Assembly (NCBI GenBank): GCA_023245435.1
Contig: JAHFKH010000004.1
Coordinates: forward strand, 3,714-37,958
Reading direction: 5' to 3'
DNA length: 34,245 bases
Origin: Candidatus Shapirobacteria bacterium
Lineage (GTDB): Bacteria; Patescibacteriota; Microgenomatia; UBA12405
Shown: piece after piece, positions 8,907 to 17,830 of the stretch
Layout of the letters: each line of letters opens with the position of its first letter
Position numbering within the stretch: the stretch's first letter is position 1
Notes under the pieces: generated by a model
The model's input: only the letters and a program-made list of their open reading frames with translations
What the model was told of the DNA's origin: nothing
Databases searched by the model: none
Position numbers and translations under genes: made by a program

Positions 8907-9425
8907 ATGTCAATCAATAAAACTAACAAAATCAATCAAGTTGAGACTGTTTCTCAATCCTTAACTTCAGCCAAATCAGCCGCTCTATTACAATATCAAG
9001 GTTTAACTGCCGGTGATATTTCTACTCTCCGCGACAAAATTCGTGCCAGTGGTGGCCGTCTTGAAGTTGTCAAGAACTCATTAATTACCCGAGCTTTGGC
9101 CAAAATTGGTATAAATTTACCCACGACTCTAACTGGTCCTACTGCCATTGCCTTTTCTGACAATGACGAAATTGCCCCCTTAAAAGAAATTGAAACCGTT
9201 AACAAATCCAAAGAAAAAACCTTTTTCAAATACGGTATTTATGGTGGCAAATTGTTATCAGCCGAAGATCTAACTAAATTTTTATCACTCCCTTCCAAAT
9301 CTGCTCTTATTTCCCAATTATTAGGTGGACTCAAAAACCCATTACAACGTATGGTTTATGCCATGCGCTATAACCAAACTCAATTGGTTCTCACATTAAA
9401 AGCTGTCAGTGAGAAAAATAAATAA
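8907..9425 (+). CDS. rplJ: 50S ribosomal protein L10
   Basis: YQGLT..LR, VVKNSL..RAL, LTGPTAIAF, LPSK..L; lies upstream of rplL. Confidence 0.95.
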   Translation: MSINKTNKINQVETVSQSLTSAKSAALLQYQGLTAGDISTLRDKIRASGGRLEVVKNSLITRALAKIGINLPTTLTGPTAIAFSDNDEIAPLKEIETVNKSKEKTFFKYGIYGGKLLSAEDLTKFLSLPSKSALISQLLGGLKNPLQRMVYAMRYNQTQLVLTLKAVSEKNK

Positions 9426-9494
9426 TTTTATTAGCCCCGCCGGCGAGGCGGCCCCGATTTATTACATTATTAATTATTAATTAAAAATAAAAAT

Positions 9495-9881
9495 ATGGAT
9501 AAAAAATTAGAAAAAATCCTAAATGACATTGCTGAATTATCAGTAATGGAACTCTCCGAGTTAGTTAAAGCTCTCGAAGAAAAATTCGATGTTAAGGCTG
9601 TCGCCATGGCTGCCGCTCCTGCTGCTGGTGCAACTGGTGCTGCTGCTCCTGCTGCTGCAGTTGAAGAAAAGACCGAATTTGATGTCGTTATCACCAACGC
9701 TGGTGCTAACAAAATCGCCGTTATCAAAGCTGTTCGTGAATTTAAACCTGAATTAGGTTTGAAAGAAGCCAAAGATATGGTTGACGCATGTCCTGCCAAC
9801 CTTGGTACCATGAAAAAAGAAGCTGCTGCCGAAGCTAAAACCAAGCTTGAAGCCGCTGGTGCTCAAGTTGAGCTCAAATAA
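9495..9881 (+). CDS. rplL: 50S ribosomal protein L7/L12
   Basis: Ala-rich hinge, [36 protein letters not shown]. Confidence 0.98.
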   Translation: MDKKLEKILNDIAELSVMELSELVKALEEKFDVKAVAMAAAPAAGATGAAAPAAAVEEKTEFDVVITNAGANKIAVIKAVREFKPELGLKEAKDMVDACPANLGTMKKEAAAEAKTKLEAAGAQVELK

Positions 9882-9885
9882 AAAC

Positions 9886-9918
9886 GTCATTGCGAGCAAT
9901 ATTTTTTGCGAAGCAATC
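9886..9918 (+). repeat. REP/RPE-like palindromic element
   Basis: GTCATTGCGAG-caatattttttg-CGAAGCAATC imperfect palindrome. Confidence 0.65.
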
Positions 9919-9926
9919 CCGTAAAA

Positions 9927-11615
9927 TTAAATCCCCCTTCGGGGGGATTTTTTTATACTAGCTTTAATAAATTCTACAAAAATCGGGTGGGGTGAAAGAG
10001 GTCGGCTTTTATATTCTGGATGAAACTGGGTGCCCACAAAAAATGGATGAATATTTTTTGGCAATTCAATTGCCTCCACCAATTTCCCATCTGGGCTCGT
10101 TCCCGATATTATCAACCCGGCCTTTTCTAAATCTTTTCTATAAAAATTATTTACCTCATATCGATGACGATGCCTTTCCTGTACAATTAAACCCCTCCGG
10201 CCTTCGGCCACCTCCCCTTGACAAGGGAGGTCAAAAACCCTTGCCCTGTCAAGGGAAAGGGTAGGGTTAGGGTTTGAATATATTTTATTTAATAAACTAT
10301 CCTTTTTTATTTTACATGGCCACGCCCCTAAACGAATTGTTCCCCCATATTGATGCAATTCCAAATATTTTTTTTGATCGGGCATCACATGGACTACTAA
10401 ATGCTTTGCTTTGGGATCGACCTCCTCCGAACTAGCATTTTTTAATTTACAAACATTTCGTGCAAACTCAATCACCGCCATTTGCATTCCAAAACATAAC
10501 CCAAGATAAGGAATTTTATTTTTTCGCGCTATTTTAATTGCCTCAATAATTCCCTCTGTCCCTCGACTGCCCCACCCTTGAGGTACTACAATTCCATCAT
10601 ATTTTTTTAGATTTTTTTCATCAATTTCTGTCGATTCAATTGAATCAATTTTAATATTTACCCCATTGGCTATTGCGCCATGTTTCAAAGCTTCTAACAC
10701 CGATACATATACATCAGCGTGCTTACCCTTACCATGATTAACATATTTCCCTACCAATGCAATCCTCACCAGCGCCCCTTGCGGGCGCGCCATTAATTGT
10801 TTCCATCCTTTTAATTTTGGTTTTAAGTTTTTAATTTTAAAAACTTTTGCAATTTTTTTAAGTATTCCCTGATTTTCTAACACCAATGGCACTTCATAAA
10901 TCGACCCACAATCGGCATCATCAAAAATTGCATCATCATCTAAAAAACACCGTTTGGCCAAGGTTTCTCGCCGTGGCAAATCCAGTCCAATTTCACTTCG
11001 AGTAATTAAAATATCGGGAGTAATTCCCGTCGATCGCAATTCCGAAATTGCGTGTTGCGTTGGTTTAGTTTTTAGCTCTCCCACATTTTTTAAATAGGGC
11101 ACATAAGACACCAACACATACATTGCTTTTCGTTCACGACCCATTTCCCGAGCCGCGTACAAAAAAGGTAAGTTTTCAATATCACCCGTTGAGCCTCCGA
11201 TTTCCACCACCACAAAATCAAAACCGTTTTCCACTTCATAAAACCGCCTTTTCACTTCATTTGGGACATCAGGAATCATTTCTACATCACGACCTTCATA
11301 TAGGAAGGCGCGTTCATCCTCGATTATTTTTTTATAAATTTTACCCGAGGTAATATTATTATCCTTGGAAAAATTTTGATTTAAAAAACGTTCGTAATTT
11401 CCCAAATCCTGATCAATTTCCCCCCCATCCTCAGTCACAAAAGTTTCCCCGTGTTCTTGCGGTCGCATTGTTCCCGCATCAACATTTAAATATGGATCAA
11501 TTTTAACCATATTAACTTTAAAACCACACGATTTGAGCAACATTCCAATTGACGATGCCACAATCCCCTTACCCAAACCCGATACCACCCCACCCACTAC
11601 AAAAATATATTTCAT
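9927..11615 (-). CDS. pyrG: CTP synthase, with a ~29-codon palindromic insertion
   Basis: MKYIFVVGGVVSGLGKG, KIDPYLNVDAGTM, KTKPTQH, GLCFGMQ, ERHRHRYE, QFHPE; likely start ATG 11615. Confidence 0.98.
   Translation of the reverse strand: MKYIFVVGGVVSGLGKGIVASSIGMLLKSCGFKVNMVKIDPYLNVDAGTMRPQEHGETFVTEDGGEIDQDLGNYERFLNQNFSKDNNITSGKIYKKIIEDERAFLYEGRDVEMIPDVPNEVKRRFYEVENGFDFVVVEIGGSTGDIENLPFLYAAREMGRERKAMYVLVSYVPYLKNVGELKTKPTQHAISELRSTGITPDILITRSEIGLDLPRRETLAKRCFLDDDAIFDDADCGSIYEVPLVLENQGILKKIAKVFKIKNLKPKLKGWKQLMARPQGALVRIALVGKYVNHGKGKHADVYVSVLEALKHGAIANGVNIKIDSIESTEIDEKNLKKYDGIVVPQGWGSRGTEGIIEAIKIARKNKIPYLGLCFGMQMAVIEFARNVCKLKNASSEEVDPKAKHLVVHVMPDQKKYLELHQYGGTIRLGAWPCKIKKDSLLNKIYSNPNPTLSLDRARVFDLPCQGEVAEGRRGLIVQERHRHRYEVNNFYRKDLEKAGLIISGTSPDGKLVEAIELPKNIHPFFVGTQFHPEYKSRPLSPHPIFVEFIKASIKKSPRRGI
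9929..9954 (+). terminator. rplL terminator embedded in the last codons of convergent pyrG
   Basis: AAATCCCCC-TTCG-GGGGGATTT plus T run; C(UUCG)G tetraloop. Confidence 0.8.
10189..10275. mobile_element. 87-nt bipartite palindromic (MITE/REP-like) element, in frame within pyrG
   Basis: AAACCC...GGGTTT ends; two inverted arms each with a CCCTTGACA(A)GGG hairpin; GC-rich against background. Confidence 0.75.
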
Positions 11616-11705
11616 AATCCTCATTGTGGACCCACTTGTCAATTTATTCAATTGATATCTTTTATTTTTTATTTATAATATCTTTATTCCCACCCCAAAT
11701 TAATT

Positions 11706-12731
11706 CTACTTTAATTTTTCCGGAATCTGGCCTACCTTTCCCGACATCGATTTTGGACAAATCAACAAACCGTTAGGTGAATCAATTACTACCAAATCTG
11801 ATAGACCAATTATTGCCACAGTTTTATCAGACCTAACAAAATTATTTTGACCTTCAATTTCAATCTGCTTGTCTTTATTTAACAAATTATTATCTTCCAA
11901 ATATTTATCTACCGACTCCCACGTTCCCAAATCTACCCAATCAAAAGGCAATTCCACCATTATTCCCTGTCCGCTTCGATGTAGCAACGGCGTCACTTCT
12001 TCTTGGGCTCCCTTTGCCATCTTCAAAAAATTTTCATCAACTGGCCCTCCATTTACTATTTCCGTCAAAGGTTCATACCAATCTTTTCGATACTTTTCAT
12101 AAATTTTTAAATAATTATTTGGCGTTATTGTTGTATGATTACAATGAATCATCAAACCATCTGTCCCCATATATTTTTGCAGTTTTTCTTCTTCGCTTCG
12201 ATCAATATAATCAGCCACTTCATATACATTTATTCCGTTTTGATTGTCAAGTAATTTTCCTTTAACTAAATAATCCACTCCTCGAACAATTCTATCGGGT
12301 TTTATACAACCAGTAATATATTTATCGCTATTCAAAGCATACTTTTCCAAAACCTGAGCCATATCAAACAATCTCTCAACCGGTTTTCGCAAATCATCAG
12401 CCTGAATCAACATAAAAGGTTCGTCACCAAAACCTTTCTTGGTCAATAATGCTGCCGTCAATCCAATTGCCGGACCAGTATTTCTTGGTTCTGGTTCAAG
12501 TAAAATATTATCTTTGCTAATTTCTGGTTCTTGTTTTAAAGCCAATTCAGCTTGAATCGGATTGGTCTGTAAAAATATATCAGCGGCATCAATTTTTTTT
12601 CGCAAATCTTCCCAATTTATTTGAAACAAAGATTTACCAGAAACTAATGGTAAAAAATGTTTTGGCATCGTTGGACTACTTTCTGGCCACAACTTTGCCC
12701 CCACTCCTCCACAGATGATTACATATTTCAT
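11706..12731 (-). CDS. manC: Mannose-1-phosphate guanylyltransferase-like nucleotidyltransferase
   Basis: CGGVGAKLWPES..PKHFL, EPEPRNTGPAI, WVDLGTW; ATG 12731 lies 9 nt after TATAAT. Confidence 0.8.
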   Translation of the reverse strand: MKYVIICGGVGAKLWPESSPTMPKHFLPLVSGKSLFQINWEDLRKKIDAADIFLQTNPIQAELALKQEPEISKDNILLEPEPRNTGPAIGLTAALLTKKGFGDEPFMLIQADDLRKPVERLFDMAQVLEKYALNSDKYITGCIKPDRIVRGVDYLVKGKLLDNQNGINVYEVADYIDRSEEEKLQKYMGTDGLMIHCNHTTITPNNYLKIYEKYRKDWYEPLTEIVNGGPVDENFLKMAKGAQEEVTPLLHRSGQGIMVELPFDWVDLGTWESVDKYLEDNNLLNKDKQIEIEGQNNFVRSDKTVAIIGLSDLVVIDSPNGLLICPKSMSGKVGQIPEKLK

Positions 12732-12751
12732 AGTGACTTCATTATACAAAC

Positions 12752-12769
12752 CAATTCACCTTTTGCAAA
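12752..12769 (+). repeat. 18-bp direct repeat, copy 1
   Basis: CAATTCACCTTTTGCAAA, identical to 13074-13091. Confidence 0.9.
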
Positions 12770-12805
12770 TAGAAATCCAATTAATATCATAGTACAATCA
12801 CCATT

Positions 12806-13069
12806 ATGACAACAGAAATAAAAGGTTTGGGACATAAACGAAAGATTAATCATGGCCAAACAGATTTTAGAGACGGCGTCAATACCAACTATGTTGTCGA
12901 AGATTTTGGAATAGGCCCAAGAACATTTATTCCAGGTTTTTCAATTACAAAATTTGTTGAAACTAAACCCGGAGAAATAATCTATTGCTATCCTTTATTG
13001 AATCCCAACCCAAACACTGAAATAAAATTATCTAGTAAAACAGTAAGAGTTTCCTTTATTTCAGACTAA
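12806..13069 (+). CDS. Hypothetical protein inside the direct-repeat cassette
   Basis: 87-aa ORF with TACAAT 7 nt upstream of ATG. Confidence 0.6.
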   Translation: MTTEIKGLGHKRKINHGQTDFRDGVNTNYVVEDFGIGPRTFIPGFSITKFVETKPGEIIYCYPLLNPNPNTEIKLSSKTVRVSFISD

Positions 13070-13073
13070 TCAT

Positions 13074-13091
13074 CAATTCACCTTTTGCAAA
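13074..13091 (+). repeat. 18-bp direct repeat, copy 2 (includes the dehydrogenase stop codon)
   Basis: CAATTCACCTTTTGCAAA; the reverse strand encodes ...CKR*. Confidence 0.9.
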
Positions 13092-14070
13092 ACGTATTTA
13101 TATTTTCAATTGTCGTTTTGACAATTCTCCCTATCGCTTCTTTAGTATTAAACGCGTTATGTGGAGTAAAAACCACATCATCCCTATCGCGCAACAAATG
13201 ATAACTTAACACTTCTTGTAAATCATCCTTTGTTGGCCGAGTCGTTGCCACCATCGACACGCTTTCAACCAATTCTTCATCTTCGGTTACATCTAACCCC
13301 GCTCCCCACAAAATTTCATTTGCCAAACCATAAATAATCGCCTCGGTTTTTACCACCTTTCCGCGCGAAGTATTTATCAAAATCGAACCAGGCTTCATCA
13401 ACTTAATATTTTTCATATTAATCAAATGACGTGTCTCGGGAATTGCCGGCACATGCAAAGTCAAAAAATCACATTGTGCCATACATTCCTCCAAACTAAC
13501 ATATTTAAAACCCAATTTTTTGGCTAATTTTGGCTCAGGATTACGTTCGACAGCCAATATTTTCAAACCCAAACCCTTAGCCATCTTTACTACATTTTGT
13601 CCAATTTTACCCACTCCCACTACTCCTAACGTCTTACCAAATATATCAATTCCCGTTAACCCTTCCGGTGAAAATTCGCCCTCCTCCACTGATTGATGTG
13701 CTGGCACAATTTTTTTGGCCACTGCCAATAACAATGCCATTGCATATTCAGCTACAGTTGTTGCTCCATAGCTTGGTACATTCATCACCTCAATATTTCT
13801 TTTTTTGCACTCAATACCATCAACATGATCAATTCCTGTTGATCGTGTGGCAATCATTTTTAAATTAGGTAATTGATCTAATACTTTTTTATCTAATCTT
13901 GAATAAACAAATATCGATACAATATCGTATTGTTTTGCCAATTCAATATTTTCCTGCAATTCTTCAGTAAATATTCCTACTCCGGTTGCCTCTAAATTAA
14001 TTATTTCTCTTTCAATTATTTCCCGCTCCCAACTTTTTACTCCAAAAAACGCAATTCTATATTGATCCAT
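13078..14070 (-). CDS. D-isomer-specific 2-hydroxyacid dehydrogenase (D-lactate dehydrogenase-like)
   Basis: TRSTGIDH, GVVGVGKIG, LINTSRG, GLDV.E.E, TPHNAFNT. Confidence 0.9.
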   Translation of the reverse strand: MDQYRIAFFGVKSWEREIIEREIINLEATGVGIFTEELQENIELAKQYDIVSIFVYSRLDKKVLDQLPNLKMIATRSTGIDHVDGIECKKRNIEVMNVPSYGATTVAEYAMALLLAVAKKIVPAHQSVEEGEFSPEGLTGIDIFGKTLGVVGVGKIGQNVVKMAKGLGLKILAVERNPEPKLAKKLGFKYVSLEECMAQCDFLTLHVPAIPETRHLINMKNIKLMKPGSILINTSRGKVVKTEAIIYGLANEILWGAGLDVTEDEELVESVSMVATTRPTKDDLQEVLSYHLLRDRDDVVFTPHNAFNTKEAIGRIVKTTIENINTFCKR

Positions 14071-14305
14071 AATTTATTCTATATTAAAACTACCTTGTAA
14101 TCCAATAAAATACATTAATTCTAAAAAAAATATAATCCCTTCCGCTTTGAATAAGTTTATTATAATTTTTATTAAATAAATTTCCTTTCTCCCCATTTTT
14201 CCTTATTAACTATAAATATAAAAAACCATCATATTGACCCATTAGTATGCTGTATGTTTTAATGAATATAATTAAAGATTAATCTGATACAAGAGGAGCC
14301 ACCAA

Positions 14306-14563
14306 ATGGACTATCAAACAACAACAGAAGATAAACCTGTATCTCAGAAATCTGCCCAAAAAAAAATTAATGGTGTCAGTATCGACAACCTTCCCGATCT
14401 TTTAACCGTCGCCGAAGTTGCCGACTTACTCCGTGTTTCCAAACTCACCATCAAACGATGGGGTAAACGAGGAAAATTAGCTGCTATCCGTATCAATGCT
14501 CGAGGGGACAGGCGCTATCGCAAAGAAGCTGTCTTGTGGCTATTAGGCATTCAAGCCGAATAA
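14306..14563 (+). CDS. Excisionase/BldC-like MerR-type HTH DNA-binding protein
   Basis: LLTVAEVADLLRVSKLTIKRW...G.L.AIR...GDRRY; GAGGAG SD. Confidence 0.85.
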   Translation: MDYQTTTEDKPVSQKSAQKKINGVSIDNLPDLLTVAEVADLLRVSKLTIKRWGKRGKLAAIRINARGDRRYRKEAVLWLLGIQAE

Positions 14564-14593
14564 AATTTTGTTCCTGCCCAAATTGATTTGCTT

Positions 14594-14627
14594 AAAGGCG
14601 GTCAGATTAATTTCTGGCTGCTTTTTT
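14594..14627 (+). terminator. Intrinsic terminator between the HTH gene and ruvB
   Basis: AAAGGCGGTCAGA-ttaatt-TCTGGCTGCTTTT stem with G-U pairs, then a T run. Confidence 0.65.
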
Positions 14628-14629
14628 GG

Positions 14630-15583
14630 TTATACTGTCACTCGTCCTCGTGGTGTCCTTTTAATTAATCCTTTTTTCATTAAAAATGGTTCATAAACGT
14701 CAGTAATCGTTCCCACATCCTCGGTCAGTGCTGCCGCAATATTTTCAACCCCAACTGGTCCCCCATTATATTGATTTTTGACTACATCTAAATACCGTCT
14801 ATCTGCATCAGATAAACCTAAATCATCAACCCCCAATTTTATCAGTGCTCCTTTGGCTTCTTTTAAATTTATTATGCCATCACTATTTACCTGTGCATAA
14901 TCCCGCACTCGTTTTAATAATCGATTAGCAATCCGTGGCGTCCCTCGTGCCCGTTTTGCAATTTCCTCCGCAGCGTCAGAGTCTATGACTGTCTCCAACA
15001 CTTTTGCCGTTCTTTTAACAATTTCTGTCAAATTTTCTTCATCATAAAAATCAATTTGTTGTACCAATCCAAATCGATCACGCATTGGACTTGAAATTAA
15101 ACCAATTCGAGTGGTTGCTCCCACAATGGTAAATTTTTGCAATTTTAAACGGACTGAACGCGCCGATGGTCCTTTACCTAGCACAATATCCAAGGCATAG
15201 TCCTCCATTGCACTATAAAGCGTCTCCTCAACAATTTTATTTAACCGATGAATTTCATCAATAAATAAAAAATCTCCCTTTTTAAGACCAGTTAAAATCG
15301 ATGCCAAATCCCCTGCTCGTGTCAACGCCGGACCAGAAGTTATTTTAATATTTGACCCCATTTCTCCCGACAATAACATTGCCAAAGTCGTTTTTCCTAG
15401 TCCCGGTGGACCATAAAATAATATATGGTCAAGTGATTCACCCCGGGCTAGGGCCGCTCGAATAAAAATATCTAGCTGATCCTTTAATTTTGGTTGACCA
15501 ATAAATTCACTTAATTTTTTAGGCCGAATTGACAAGTCAATTTCTTTATCAATTTTATTTAATTTTGGATCAAGTGGTTCCAT
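14630..15583 (-). CDS. ruvB: Holliday junction branch migration ATPase
   Basis: [41 protein letters not shown]. Confidence 0.98.
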   Translation of the reverse strand: MEPLDPKLNKIDKEIDLSIRPKKLSEFIGQPKLKDQLDIFIRAALARGESLDHILFYGPPGLGKTTLAMLLSGEMGSNIKITSGPALTRAGDLASILTGLKKGDFLFIDEIHRLNKIVEETLYSAMEDYALDIVLGKGPSARSVRLKLQKFTIVGATTRIGLISSPMRDRFGLVQQIDFYDEENLTEIVKRTAKVLETVIDSDAAEEIAKRARGTPRIANRLLKRVRDYAQVNSDGIINLKEAKGALIKLGVDDLGLSDADRRYLDVVKNQYNGGPVGVENIAAALTEDVGTITDVYEPFLMKKGLIKRTPRGRVTV

Positions 15584-15590
15584 TATCTTT

Positions 15591-16163
15591 TTATCTGCCT
15601 AAATTTTGTAAACACCATTCTAATTGTGCCTCTAATTCTAATAATTCTTTTGGTAATTTTTTGGTTACATTTTCAATTTCTTTTCTATCAAATCCTAATT
15701 GTTGCAAACTTAAAACAAGGTCATCCTCCAGTAACGGCAGACTATCACGCAAATCAAGTTCTCCCAACCCACCAATTTTAGATTTTAAGTCCACAATAAT
15801 TCGCTGAGCCGTTTTTAATCCAATTCCTTTAATTTTTTTAAAAAAATCAACATCAGCATCACCAATTGCCTTAATAATTTCTAAAGAACTTTTCTCTCCA
15901 ACTATTCCCATGGCTGTTTTTGGCCCAACCCCCGATACAGTTATCATCATTTTAAATAAATCCAGTTCTTCCACCGTTTTAAACCCAAACAAATTAATAC
16001 TACTATCATTCATTGAAGTGTAAATAAACAATTTTATTTCTTCTCCAATTCGTAATTCGTAATTTTTAATTGATAATTGAACTTCATAACCAATACCATT
16101 CACTTCGACTTCAATATAATTTCCAAAAATTCGTGAAACGGTTCCTCTCAAACTACTAATCAT
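15591..16163 (-). CDS. ruvA: Holliday junction DNA-binding protein
   Basis: [39 protein letters not shown]. Confidence 0.96.
   Translation of the reverse strand: MISSLRGTVSRIFGNYIEVEVNGIGYEVQLSIKNYELRIGEEIKLFIYTSMNDSSINLFGFKTVEELDLFKMMITVSGVGPKTAMGIVGEKSSLEIIKAIGDADVDFFKKIKGIGLKTAQRIIVDLKSKIGGLGELDLRDSLPLLEDDLVLSLQQLGFDRKEIENVTKKLPKELLELEAQLEWCLQNLGR
16046..16080. repeat. Heptamer tandem array (TAATTNN x5), in frame in ruvA
   Basis: caattcg taattcg taatttt taattga taattga; encodes [11 protein letters not shown]. Confidence 0.75.
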
Positions 16164-16193
16164 AACCCATCATATCACGACCAAAACCCGAAT

Positions 16194-16652
16194 CTATATT
16201 TTCATTGTAAATCCATGGGTCAAGGCCACCGCCACCGCATCGGCCGCGTGCGACGGGGTGATTAATTTTTCCAAATTTAAACTGTCTCGCACCATTATTT
16301 CCACCTGTTCCTTTTCTGCCCTACCATACCCCACCAAAGCTTGTTTTACTTGCAATGGAGTATATTCAGCTACGGAGAGTCCATTTTTCTGTCCACAAAT
16401 TTTAATTACCCCAATTGCCTCGGCCACTTTTAATGCCGATTTGGCATTTTTGGCAAAAAATAAAGTTTCAATCGCCATTTCCCCTACCCTAAATTTTTTA
16501 ATAATTTTTTCTAATTCACTATAAATTTTCCCTAACCTATCGACACTACTATCTTTTTTACTTGTCACTATTACACCACAAGCAACTAATTTTTCACCTT
16601 CAATTATTCCATAGCCAGTATTTTCTAAACCAGGGTCAATGCCTAATATCAT
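16194..16652 (-). CDS. ruvC: Holliday junction resolvase
   Basis: ILGIDPG, AIETLFF, EYTPLQVK, GYGRAEKEQV, HAADAVAVA. Confidence 0.97.
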   Translation of the reverse strand: MILGIDPGLENTGYGIIEGEKLVACGVIVTSKKDSSVDRLGKIYSELEKIIKKFRVGEMAIETLFFAKNAKSALKVAEAIGVIKICGQKNGLSVAEYTPLQVKQALVGYGRAEKEQVEIMVRDSLNLEKLITPSHAADAVAVALTHGFTMKI

Positions 16653-16692
16653 AACCCATTATATACTACTAATAACTATAGGATATGCCAAG

Positions 16693-16711
16693 TTTTCCAC
16701 ACTTATCCACA
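16693..16711 (+). promoter_or_regulatory. Tandem DnaA-box-like pair
   Basis: TTTTCCACA (16693-16701) and perfect TTATCCACA (16703-16711) between divergent ruvC and murB. Confidence 0.6.
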
Positions 16712-16770
16712 TTTTTTCCCATATTATTTTTAACCTTGATATTTATTATCAAATTCACCCATCTTACCAA

Positions 16771-16807
16771 TAACTCGTAATTGACAACTCGTAACTGTTA
16801 ACTGTTA
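16771..16807. repeat. Heptamer tandem array in the murB promoter region
   Basis: taactcg taattga caactcg taactgt taactgt. Confidence 0.75.
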
Positions 16808-16819
16808 TATAATGTACTC

Positions 16820-17830
16820 ATGGACACCAAAATCCAACAAAACATTCCCCTAGCTCAATATACAACCTTAAAAATTGGCGGTCCGGCTGACTATTTTATC
16901 GAAGCTAACTCAACCGACGAATTAATTGAAATTTTAAGTTCAACTGATATCAAACCCATTACTGTTTTAGGCAACGGCTCTAACGTTTTAATTTCCGACT
17001 CAGGTATCCGGGGATTGGTCATAAAAAATAACTCAAAGGATATCAAAATACTAACTAATACACCAAACACATCTATAAAATTCACCAAAACTTACACTCA
17101 ACGCCAAGAAAACGAACCCGATAAATATTTAGACTTTTCCAAAATTGATTATGACGAATCGGCTCTACCCACTTCAAAAGTAGAAATATCCTCGGGATAT
17201 CCCCTACCTCAGGTTATTAATTGGTGCTTAGACCACGGTTTAACCGGTCTTCAGTGGTTTGCCTACATTCCCGGGACGATTGCCGGCGCAATTGTTCACA
17301 ACATTCACGGTGGCTCCTATCACATCGCTGATTACCTTGAATCGATTAAATGCTTTGATTTAAACACCAAACAAAAAAAAACATATAACAAATCAGATCT
17401 TAATTGGCAATACGAACAAAGTTTCTTTCTTCAAAATCCAAATTTAATCGTAATTTCTGCCATTTTAAATCTTTTCCATGGTGATACTACCAAAGCCAAA
17501 TCAGTCAAAGATGCTTGGATTGCTCAGAAAATTAAAGTTCAGCCCATGAATTCCCCTGGTAGTGCGTTCCAAAATCCCAGTTTAGATATTTGTCAAAAAA
17601 TTTGGGGTGAACAAAAATCGGCCGGCTGGATTATTGATCATGAGTTAAATTTAAAAGGTTTTAGTATTGGTGATGCCCAAATTTCCTTGCAGCACAGTAA
17701 TTTTTTTGTTAATAATGGTCACGCTACTGCCACCGATTATAAAAAACTAATTGAATACGTCCAAGATAAGGTCAAAACCAAGTTTGGCTTCGATCTAATT
17801 CCCGAGATTAAGTTTTTGGGTAAATTCTAA
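16820..17830 (+). CDS. murB: UDP-N-acetylenolpyruvoylglucosamine reductase
   Basis: TTLKIGGPA, LGNGSNVL, IPGTIAGA, GSAFQNP, HSNFFVN, L.PEI. Confidence 0.95.
   Translation: MDTKIQQNIPLAQYTTLKIGGPADYFIEANSTDELIEILSSTDIKPITVLGNGSNVLISDSGIRGLVIKNNSKDIKILTNTPNTSIKFTKTYTQRQENEPDKYLDFSKIDYDESALPTSKVEISSGYPLPQVINWCLDHGLTGLQWFAYIPGTIAGAIVHNIHGGSYHIADYLESIKCFDLNTKQKKTYNKSDLNWQYEQSFFLQNPNLIVISAILNLFHGDTTKAKSVKDAWIAQKIKVQPMNSPGSAFQNPSLDICQKIWGEQKSAGWIIDHELNLKGFSIGDAQISLQHSNFFVNNGHATATDYKKLIEYVQDKVKTKFGFDLIPEIKFLGKF

Noticed and set aside
10808..10848. Heptamer array in pyrG (KIKNLKPKLK)
   Set aside because: Periodicity is weak and explained by Lys-rich A runs.
4347..14070. vanHAX-like resistance (second ligase plus D-hydroxyacid dehydrogenase)
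   Set aside because: The genes are 7.6 kb apart, there is no VanX, and the ligase lacks VanA-type motifs.
14306..14563. Prophage or ICE around the excisionase-like gene
   Set aside because: No integrase, phage or conjugation genes; the flanks are housekeeping genes.
16653..16819. oriC at the DnaA boxes
   Set aside because: Only two good boxes, no dnaA or dnaN nearby, and by eye the + strand stays C-rich over G on both sides, so no skew switch.
17050..17175. Extra ~35 residues in MurB as a mobile insertion
   Set aside because: Ordinary codon usage and no DNA structure; likely a lineage-specific loop.
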